In this document: positions 27,204-34,668 of the stretch, piece after piece | How the letters are laid out: each line of letters starts with the position of its first letter | Numbering within the stretch: position 1 is the first letter of the stretch | Source: Anaerolineales bacterium | Lineage (GTDB): Bacteria > Chloroflexota > Anaerolineae > Anaerolineales > Villigracilaceae | Length of the DNA: 64,000 nt | Assembly: GCA_035498395.1 (NCBI GenBank) | Contig: DATKAF010000297.1 | Span: 930-64,929 of the forward strand | Direction of reading: 5' to 3' | Translations under genes and position numbers: made by a program | The notes under the pieces: generated by a model | The model's database searches: none | What the model was told of the DNA's origin: nothing | Seen by the model: the letters and a program-made list of their open reading frames with translations, nothing else

Positions 27204-29101
27204 GTCGGCGAGGGGCTTCCCTTCCGGCGGAGGGACGGCAGGCGTAACGGCTTGCGATGGGATGCCTGCCATTCGACCAGCAGCAGGACGAGACCCACCG
27301 CGGCGGGCCACTGCCACAGTTCGCGCTCACCCACCTGTCTCGAGGCGGTCGGGTTGATGATCGTGCGGCCCACCTGGATGCCGGGCCGCGGGCGGATATC
27401 CGACTCCGACGGGTCGAACAGGTTGACCGCGAAGTAATCGGCCGTGGTGCTGCCGTCATTGGCGATAAAGTTCACGGCGTAGTATCCAAGCTCAGCGGTG
27501 CCGTCATAGACCAGCTTGCCGACGCCGGGCGTGTAAGAGACCGCCTGTCCGGACGGCGAGACGATGGCTATCTGCTTGATGCCCGAGGGCGGAACGATGG
27601 AGAGGCTCCCGCCCGGGCGAAGCGATTGCGTCGCGTCGAACGGGGTGGGCGGGACAAGATAGTTGATCAAGTTCGAGAAGAGGATCGGGTACGCGACCTG
27701 AAGAGGCAGGTCGCTCTGCCGCAGATCAAACGTCACAGCCGCGATGCGCCGCCCAAGCGTCTCACCGGCGAACACCAATGGGCCGCCGTCTGCCTGCACC
27801 AGCACATCCGCCCAATCCGGCGGCTTCACGCTCTCGGCTTGCATCACGTGGATGTTTCCCCAGTCCACGTAGCGTGTCAGGTCGGACGGGTTGACTTTCA
27901 CGCTGCTCATCTGCTGGAAAGGTTCGCCAACCACAAACAGCGGATTGGCCGGCGGGTCGATCATCAGCAGGTTGCCCCTGGTCAGCCCGTCTTCGTAGAC
28001 GCCGTCCAGCACGTATAGATCGAATGGCTCCGCCGGTATTTGAACGCTGCCAGCCTGGTTCGCGAGCGCCTTGAACGGCTTGATGCCCGGCAGGGAGGCC
28101 AATAGCTGCTCGAGGAAGAGGTTGCCCTTTGATATCAGCAGCACCCTCCGTGCCGACGATGCCTGGTACACCGCGAACGCCGTGTCGTCGAGGGACAGGG
28201 CGTCCAATGCGCCGCCATGTGGATCACTGATGCGCGCCTTGTACACGCCCGAGGCACCGGGGAGTTGGTCCAATGTGAGCCCCTTGTGCTCTCGAGGCGC
28301 CAGTTTGAGCTGGTAGGCCGTCAGAAGCTGCTCGCCGAGATAGAAGGACAGCAGGACCGTCCGATCCGCCTGGCTGTAATTCGTCACCTCCGCGAACAGC
28401 TCCGGGGCCCCGGCGGTAGGACGAAGGGCCAGCGCGGTGATGGCGATGTTGTTATCCAGGTTGCCAACCGGCACGTAGCGGACATCACCCGGCAGTGCAG
28501 GCAAGCCGGAATCGGGCAGGCCTCCATCGGAGACGATGACCGTCACGCTCCCCTGGCTGCCGTGCGCAGCCCCCGCGGCGAGGGCGAATGCCGCCTGCCA
28601 ATCTGCGCTGCCCTGAGTCGAAGTCGCTCCTGCCAGCGCAGCCCGCAGTGCGTTCTTGTCGGACTCTGAGGCAGCCAGCACCTTCGGCGTTGTGCCCACC
28701 AGGATCAGCGTCATCGATGAGCCCGATGGCATCCCATCGATCAGCGATGCGACTGCCTGGCGCGCCTCATCGAAGCGGGATCTGTTCCCGTCCACCGCAT
28801 TCATGGAGGCCGAGGCATCGAGCAGTCCGATGACCGAGCCCGATGCGACGACAGGCGTTCGGATCGCCGGTCGGGCTGCGGCCAGCACCAGCGCTGCTAG
28901 TATCAACAGTTGCAGGAGCAGGAGCAGATTCCGTCTCAACTTTTGCCACGGGGCATTGGCCTCGCGGTCCAGCAGCAACTGGGTCCACAACAGCGTCGAG
29001 GAGACGCGGACCGGCTTGCGGCGCATCTTCAGCATGTACAACACGATGATGGGCAAGGCCGCAGCCAGCAGCCAGAGGGCGGATGGACTCAAGAAGGTCA
29101 T
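27200..29101 (-). CDS. BatA-N-terminal-type membrane protein with a VWA domain
   Basis: MTFLSPSALWLLAALPIIVLYMLKMRRKPVRVSSTLLW is the aerotolerance-operon BatA N-terminal pattern. MIDAS motif VIGLLDASASM. ATGA overlap with the DUF58 gene stop. Confidence 0.8.
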   Translation of the reverse strand: MTFLSPSALWLLAAALPIIVLYMLKMRRKPVRVSSTLLWTQLLLDREANAPWQKLRRNLLLLLQLLILAALVLAAARPAIRTPVVASGSVIGLLDASASMNAVDGNRSRFDEARQAVASLIDGMPSGSSMTLILVGTTPKVLAASESDKNALRAALAGATSTQGSADWQAAFALAAGAAHGSQGSVTVIVSDGGLPDSGLPALPGDVRYVPVGNLDNNIAITALALRPTAGAPELFAEVTNYSQADRTVLLSFYLGEQLLTAYQLKLAPREHKGLTLDQLPGASGVYKARISDPHGGALDALSLDDTAFAVYQASSARRVLLISKGNLFLEQLLASLPGIKPFKALANQAGSVQIPAEPFDLYVLDGVYEDGLTRGNLLMIDPPANPLFVVGEPFQQMSSVKVNPSDLTRYVDWGNIHVMQAESVKPPDWADVLVQADGGPLVFAGETLGRRIAAVTFDLRQSDLPLQVAYPILFSNLINYLVPPTPFDATQSLRPGGSLSIVPPSGIKQIAIVSPSGQAVSYTPGVGKLVYDGTAELGYYAVNFIANDGSTTADYFAVNLFDPSESDIRPRPGIQVGRTIINPTASRQVGERELWQWPAAVGLVLLLVEWQASHRKPLRLPSLRRKGSPSPT

Positions 29102-29979
29102 TTCAAGATCCCGCTGCGCCGCAGCTCCAGCAGCACCAACTGGTCCCAAGGCCGCGCGGTGCTGAATTGGACGTATCCGACGCCGTGCTTTCTACATTCA
29201 CCCCGGGTGTCCCGAATCCAGGAGCGCACGCGGTCCTGGTAGAGCGTCCGCAATCTGCCATCTAGCGAGACAACCTGCTGCGCGCCGGTTTCCACATCGA
29301 CCAACTGCAGGTCTCCGCTCAATGGCGGGTCAAGCTCATCGGGCGAGAGCAAGTGCAGGATCGCCGCTTCGCTTCCGCGCGCCAGCAACGGCCGCAGCCC
29401 GAGCTCCGGCTGGTCCGCGGAGAGGAGGTCGGAAATGAGGATGACCAGCCCGGGGCGCCGCGGCGTCACCGCGAACTGATGAAGGGACTCATTCAGTTGT
29501 GTACTACCGCCCGGCTGGAGTCCCTCCAGCACATCGAACATCCGCGAGAGCGAGGCCTCGCCTCGCATCGGACCGAAGCCTGCCCTTATTCCGCCGCTTT
29601 GCAGCAAGGCGAAGGATAACGCGTCACCGGATGCCAGAGCGATGGCTCCCAGCCCGGCGCAAAGCCGGAGGGCATACAGGAACTTGTGTTGCTCGCCCTC
29701 GCCCCAATCCATAGAGCGCGAGCCGTCGAGCAGGATATAAACGGCGAGGTCCTCTTCCTCTTCGAACATCTTGATAAAGGGCCGCTCCAGCCGCGCATAG
29801 ATGTTCCAGTCGAGGCGCCGCAGATCGTCGCCGGGCGTGTAATCGCGGTAGTCGGCGAACTCTACGCTGCTGCCGCGCCGGGACGAGCGCCGGTCGCCCT
29901 TGATTGCCCCCGTACGGACGCGCGAGGCAACCAGCGTGAGCTGCTTCAGCTTGCGGAGGGTGGTCTCATCGAAGAGCAT
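29098..29979 (-). CDS. DUF58-family protein (MoxR-associated, VWA-like)
   Basis: RRGSSVEFADYRDYTPGDDLRRLDWN and ILLDGSRSM are the canonical DUF58 motifs. Confidence 0.85.
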   Translation of the reverse strand: MLFDETTLRKLKQLTLVASRVRTGAIKGDRRSSRRGSSVEFADYRDYTPGDDLRRLDWNIYARLERPFIKMFEEEEDLAVYILLDGSRSMDWGEGEQHKFLYALRLCAGLGAIALASGDALSFALLQSGGIRAGFGPMRGEASLSRMFDVLEGLQPGGSTQLNESLHQFAVTPRRPGLVILISDLLSADQPELGLRPLLARGSEAAILHLLSPDELDPPLSGDLQLVDVETGAQQVVSLDGRLRTLYQDRVRSWIRDTRGECRKHGVGYVQFSTARPWDQLVLLELRRSGILK

Positions 29980-29995
29980 GGGAAAATTGGGAGTA

Positions 29996-30095
29996 CACGG
30001 ATGTCACGGATTGCACAGACTCACACGGATACGGATATAGCTTGGGATTTAATGAAATGCTCCCGTGAAAATCCGTTTCGTCCGCGTAATCCGTG
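29996..30095. repeat. Cluster of CACGGAT / ATCCGTG heptamers in the MoxR-DUF58 intergenic spacer
   Basis: CACGGAT at 29996, 30005 and 30024. ACGGAT at 30031. Inverted ATCCGT at 30071 and ATCCGTG at 30089. Confidence 0.6.
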
Positions 30096-30105
30096 TTCCA
30101 TGTAC

Positions 30106-31089
30106 CTACGCGTTCCCCTGCGGAACATGCTCAACGAGTTCCGCGATCACGTCGTCGGGGCGGATCCCCTCTGCGAGGCCGTCGAAGTTGAGAATGAGGC
30201 GGTGGCGGAGGGCTGCGGGCGCGACGGCATGGACGTCATCAAAGGCGACGTTGTAGCGCCCCTCCAGCAGCGCGGTCACTTTCGCGCCCAGCATAAGCGC
30301 CTGACCGCCGCGCGGCGATACGCCATAGCGTACGTACTTCTTCACCAGCGGCGTCGCCTCCTCCTGTTCCGGGTGCGTCGCCAGCACAAGCTCCGCGATG
30401 TACTCGCGCACATGGGATGCGACGGGTACGCCGCGCGCCAGGTCGCGCATCTGCATGATCTCCGCGCCGGAGATTACACAGCCCGCAGACGGCACGCTCT
30501 TGCCGGTGGTGCGGTCGAGGATCTCGACCATGTCGGCGACCTGCGGCATATCGACGTTGACCTTAAAGAAGAAGCGGTCGACCTGCGCCTCAGGGAGAGG
30601 ATACGTGCCCTCCATCTCGAGGGGGTTCTGGGTGGCGAGCACGAAGAACGGCTCGTCCAGCCGATAGGTCTTCTGCGCGACCGTCACGGAGCCCTCCTGC
30701 ATGGCCTCCAGCAGCGCAGACTGCGTCTTAGGCGTGGCGCGGTTGATCTCGTCGGCGAGGACCAAATTGGCGAAGATGGGGCCCGACCGGAAGCGGAACT
30801 CGCGGCGCCCGCCCTCGTCGCTCAAGATCTCGGTGCCGAGGATGTCGGCGGGCATTAGGTCGGGAGTGAACTGGATGCGCGAGAACTTGAGGTCGAGCGC
30901 CTGGCCCAGGGTGCGGATCAGCATGGTCTTGCCGAGGCCGGGCACGCCTTCCAGGAGCACATGCCCGCCAGCGAGGATGCTGACCAGAACATGGCGCACC
31001 ACGTCCACCTGCCCGACGATGACCTTGCCGACCTCTTCTTCCACTCGGGCGGCACCGAGGCGGAATTGCTCGACGGTGAGTTCGCTCAT
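30106..31089 (-). CDS. moxR: MoxR-family AAA+ ATPase
   Basis: Walker A GVPGLGKT, Walker B LVLADEINRATPKTQSALLEAMQE, and typical MoxR length. Start set at the ATG at 31087-31089, 5 nt after GAGG. Confidence 0.95.
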   Translation of the reverse strand: MSELTVEQFRLGAARVEEEVGKVIVGQVDVVRHVLVSILAGGHVLLEGVPGLGKTMLIRTLGQALDLKFSRIQFTPDLMPADILGTEILSDEGGRREFRFRSGPIFANLVLADEINRATPKTQSALLEAMQEGSVTVAQKTYRLDEPFFVLATQNPLEMEGTYPLPEAQVDRFFFKVNVDMPQVADMVEILDRTTGKSVPSAGCVISGAEIMQMRDLARGVPVASHVREYIAELVLATHPEQEEATPLVKKYVRYGVSPRGGQALMLGAKVTALLEGRYNVAFDDVHAVAPAALRHRLILNFDGLAEGIRPDDVIAELVEHVPQGNA

Positions 31090-31096
31090 AAGCACC

Positions 31097-32728
31097 TCAG
31101 GGTTTGAGTGAGTCGAAGTAGCTGCGGACGACCTGCATGAACTCGAACGGCACGGCGCCGTTATCGATGGCCTGCTGGTTCACCTGTTCATACTGGCCGA
31201 GCACCTGCTGGTAGGGAACCATGCTCTGGTTGTTCTCTCCGGGTGTAATGGGGCCCTGCCCGATGGTCGTCCCGTCCTGACCTGAATCGGGGAGTTGAAC
31301 ATTCGAGCCGCCGCTGCCGCCCAGCAGGCTGGGCGCGTAGATCTGCTCATACGTGGCTTCCGCGCCGCTGCCCGGACCATTGTTCTGATCGATGGGAGAA
31401 TCCGGCGCTTCCTGGCCGCCGGCCTGGCCCTGCCCGGCTCCATGCCCGCTGCCCGAGTTGCTTTGTCCCTCCTGGGAGCCGCCCGGCTGACTCCCGCCGG
31501 GTTGCGCGCCGGCCTGCCCCTGACCCTGCCCGGGGATCTGGCCTGCGCCAGGCTGGTCTGCCTGCTGACCGCCACCCGCGGCCAGCACCTGCCCGGCCCC
31601 CTGCTGCATTACCTGCCCCGCCTGGCCTGCCACCTGGGAGAACGCCAACTGCTGCCCTGCTTGTGCCAGCGACTGAGCCGCGCTTTGCAAGGCCTGCTGC
31701 GCGGCGGCCGTGTCCCCGCTCTGAAGCGCATGAGCGGCCTGCTGTAACTGCGAGGCCAGAGCCGGGTTGCTGGAACCGAGCGCCTGCGCCAAGGACTGGA
31801 GCTGGCCCGCCAACTGCTGCGCCTGTGCGGGGCTGAGCTTGCCGGGATCGATCTGCGCGAGCTGCGCGGCCGCACCGACCGCGTTGCCCTGCTCCAATGC
31901 CTGACCCACCGATTGCAACGGGCTGCCCGCCTGGCTGCTCAACTGGCCACCCGCCTGTTGCAGCGCCTGGCCCATCTGCTGCGCCTGCGGGTCGGAAAGC
32001 GACTGGAGCTTCTCGCCGGTACTGGTCAGCACGGAGACGGAACTTTCCTGCGAGGGATTCTTTTGGAGATCTTGCAGAGCCTGCTCCAGAGGCTGCGAGA
32101 GCGCCTGCTTCTGCGCCTCGGTCAGTGTATTGTTCTTGTCGATCTGGCTCAGGATCTTCTCGATGTTCTCCTGCTGTTGCGTGACGGCCTGCTTCACCGA
32201 AGCGGCGCGGCGAGCAGCCTGGAACAAGGACTCGCCGCGCACCCAGAGCAGTGCGATCAACAGCAGGCAGAGCAGGGCGGGAGCGGCTTCCACCGGGCGC
32301 AGCCGCAGAGGCAGGTCGTGGGCAGGCCTCACGTCGCGCGCGAGGCGGCGGGTGTCCTCCAACTGCTGCCGGAGCAGCGGGTTGGCGGCACGCTCGGCCT
32401 CGCTGATCTCGAGGGCGGTGCTGAGGCGTTCCTGCAAGCCCAGCACGCGGTCGAGCCGACGGACCGCGTGCAAACGGGGCAGCGGCCACAGATAGGCGAC
32501 CAGAGCCGAGAGGAGGGGCAGCAGCAATGCAAGCGCCGCCACCAACGCAAGGAACTGCGGCCTCACGAGCCGCGCCTGCAACAAGCCGGCTCCGCCAAGC
32601 AGCAGCGCCAATAGCAAGCCAAGGTCCAGTCCGAGCAGGCACCAGCGCAGGGCACGCTGCAGGCGCATACGCCGGAGGCAGCCAGCGATGATCGCGGATA
32701 AGGCGTCGAGATCGGAGGCGGCGTCCAT
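31097..32728 (-). CDS. Membrane protein with a long Gln/Ala/Gly-rich low-complexity region (possibly DUF4175-like)
   Basis: Three N-terminal TM segments, then about 300 aa of Q/A/G/L/S repeats (AQQLAGQLQSLAQALG ... GQGQGQAGAQPGGSQPGGSQ). The ordered C-terminus is YFDSLKP. TGATG overlap with the upstream permease gene. Confidence 0.6.
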   Translation of the reverse strand: MDAASDLDALSAIIAGCLRRMRLQRALRWCLLGLDLGLLLALLLGGAGLLQARLVRPQFLALVAALALLLPLLSALVAYLWPLPRLHAVRRLDRVLGLQERLSTALEISEAERAANPLLRQQLEDTRRLARDVRPAHDLPLRLRPVEAAPALLCLLLIALLWVRGESLFQAARRAASVKQAVTQQQENIEKILSQIDKNNTLTEAQKQALSQPLEQALQDLQKNPSQESSVSVLTSTGEKLQSLSDPQAQQMGQALQQAGGQLSSQAGSPLQSVGQALEQGNAVGAAAQLAQIDPGKLSPAQAQQLAGQLQSLAQALGSSNPALASQLQQAAHALQSGDTAAAQQALQSAAQSLAQAGQQLAFSQVAGQAGQVMQQGAGQVLAAGGGQQADQPGAGQIPGQGQGQAGAQPGGSQPGGSQEGQSNSGSGHGAGQGQAGGQEAPDSPIDQNNGPGSGAEATYEQIYAPSLLGGSGGSNVQLPDSGQDGTTIGQGPITPGENNQSMVPYQQVLGQYEQVNQQAIDNGAVPFEFMQVVRSYFDSLKP

Positions 32729-33684
32729 CAGCGGTCTCGCCTGCGCACGAGGCGGATGCTGACGGCGATCATCAACAACGCCAGGCCAACATAGATGACA
32801 ATGAACGGTATCCACGGAGACGGAAGCCACACGGTATGACCGCCGAACAAGGATTGGTTGGTGTAGAACAGGTTCTGACTATCCACGAGGATCACCTCGC
32901 TCATCACGGCTGCGAGCATGGGGTTGGTGCATACCAGCACCCACAGCATCACGTTCAGCAGCGTGGCGATCCAGAGCTGGCTGCCGGAGCCGGGCGTCCA
33001 CACCGGGCTGATGGCCGCCAGTATGAAGAAGGCCAACCCCAGCAGGATATTGGACAGGATGATAGCGGCATAGGAGGCGACGGTTGCCGCCAGCGTGCGC
33101 CTCAGCAGGCTCGAGAGCAACATGCCGAGCGTGCAGAAGAACACGGCCGTGACGACCATCAGCACGGTCGAGATGACGATCTCTTCCAAACCCACGCCGC
33201 CCAGCAGGAATGCGATGCTCTCAATCGGAAGGGCGGCGAAGACCAGCAGGAGGAGATAGATCATGGACGAGCCGAGCTTGCCCAATACCAGAGACCGGGC
33301 GGGCAGCGTAGTGGTGCGAAGCAGGTCGAAGGTCTGATGCTCGCGCTCGGAGGTAATGGCGCCGGAGGTCAGCGCCGGCGCGATGAAGCAGATCAGGAAG
33401 AGCTCCAGCAGCACGACCGTTCCGAAGATGGCTTTGCCCGAGGTCTGCCGTATCTGCAGGCTCCCGCCCGTGTAGGACTGGGTGGTTGCCAGCCCCGCAT
33501 AGACGACGCCTGTCACGACTGCCAGCATCAGCAGGTAGAGCGTGAGCAGAAGGAAGGCCTGCCGGCCGCGCATACGCCCGCGCAGTTCCTTGCGTATAAC
33601 AGGGTTCTCCAGCGCCCGGCGGATCAGATCAGGGTGCTTGCTGCGGGCTGGGGATGGGACAGGGGCGGTGGCTTCGTTTTCCAT
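32728..33684 (-). CDS. ABC-2-type transporter permease
   Basis: Six TM helices and an N-terminal IRKELRGRMRGRQAFLLL motif typical of ABC-2 permeases. It lies directly downstream of the ABC ATPase. Confidence 0.7.
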   Translation of the reverse strand: MENEATAPVPSPARSKHPDLIRRALENPVIRKELRGRMRGRQAFLLLTLYLLMLAVVTGVVYAGLATTQSYTGGSLQIRQTSGKAIFGTVVLLELFLICFIAPALTSGAITSEREHQTFDLLRTTTLPARSLVLGKLGSSMIYLLLLVFAALPIESIAFLLGGVGLEEIVISTVLMVVTAVFFCTLGMLLSSLLRRTLAATVASYAAIILSNILLGLAFFILAAISPVWTPGSGSQLWIATLLNVMLWVLVCTNPMLAAVMSEVILVDSQNLFYTNQSLFGGHTVWLPSPWIPFIVIYVGLALLMIAVSIRLVRRRDR

Positions 33685-33705
33685 GAGAGCTATTCTCTCC
33701 GCAGC

Positions 33706-34668
33706 TTACGAAACGATCCCGCGCGTGGTGCGCATGAAGACCTCTTCCAAATCCTGCGTTTGTTCGCTGAAATGGACGACAGGCAGACCGCGATCGAGCG
33801 CCTGCCTGAGCAGGGATTGCAGGGCATCGTCATCGCCGTCGAATTCCGCTTTGAACGCCAGCCAATCGGTGCGGACAAAGCCCTCTTGAGGCCGCACGTT
33901 CGAGAGACCCGGCAAAGATGCAAGGGCAGCCTGGGCCTCGGCCGCATCCGGATGGTTCAGAAGCGCGAACTGCACGAGCCGGTGCGGCACGGCCTCCCGG
34001 CTGAGCTCATCCAACGAGCCCACGGCAACCAGCCTGCCGCTCTCCATAATGGCGACACGCGAGCACAACTCGGCAACATCGGCCAGGATGTGGCTGGAAA
34101 ACAGGATGGTCTTGCCGAGCCGCGCGATCTCCAGCAACAGCTCACGGATCTCGACGCGGGCACGCGGGTCCAGCCCGGAGGCGGGCTCGTCGAGAACGAG
34201 CACGCCCGGGTCGTGCATGAGCACGCGGGCCAGGCCAAGCCGCTGTTTGAGGCCGCGTGACAGGGTATCCACCATGTCGTCGCGGCGGTGACCGATGTCC
34301 ACCAATTCGAGCAGGTCCTTGATGAGGCTGACACGCTGTGCCGGCGGGATGCCGTAGCAGGCGCCGAAGAAGTCCAGGTATTCGCTGACGGTCATCTGGT
34401 CATACACGCCGAACGCGTCGGGCATGTAGCCGATGAGGGCGCGCACCCGGCTCGGATCATGGCTGACGGAATGGCCGCCCACGAGAATCTCCCCGCTATC
34501 GGGCTCGAGCAGCGTGACAAGCATGCGCATGGTGGTGGTCTTGCCGGCGCCGTTCGGCCCGACGAGTCCGAAGATCTCGCCGGCCTCAATCGCCATGCTG
34601 ACGTGATCGACTGCAACCCGCCCGCCGAAGTGCTTGTTCAGGTCACGGATCTCGACAATGGCGCTCAC
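33706..34668 (-). CDS. ABC transporter ATP-binding protein
   Basis: Walker A GPNGAGKTT, signature LSRGLKQRL and Walker B LVLDEPASGLD. GTG start in GTGA overlap with the upstream stop. Confidence 0.95.
   Translation of the reverse strand: MSAIVEIRDLNKHFGGRVAVDHVSMAIEAGEIFGLVGPNGAGKTTTMRMLVTLLEPDSGEILVGGHSVSHDPSRVRALIGYMPDAFGVYDQMTVSEYLDFFGACYGIPPAQRVSLIKDLLELVDIGHRRDDMVDTLSRGLKQRLGLARVLMHDPGVLVLDEPASGLDPRARVEIRELLLEIARLGKTILFSSHILADVAELCSRVAIMESGRLVAVGSLDELSREAVPHRLVQFALLNHPDAAEAQAALASLPGLSNVRPQEGFVRTDWLAFKAEFDGDDDALQSLLRQALDRGLPVVHFSEQTQDLEEVFMRTTRGIVS

Noticed and set aside
31350-31950. Apparent DNA-level repetitiveness (CAG/GCC/GGC-rich), considered as a tandem repeat or satellite.
   Set aside because: It is the coding sequence of the Q/A/G low-complexity region of one long intact ORF. 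I could not define a fixed repeat unit by eye.
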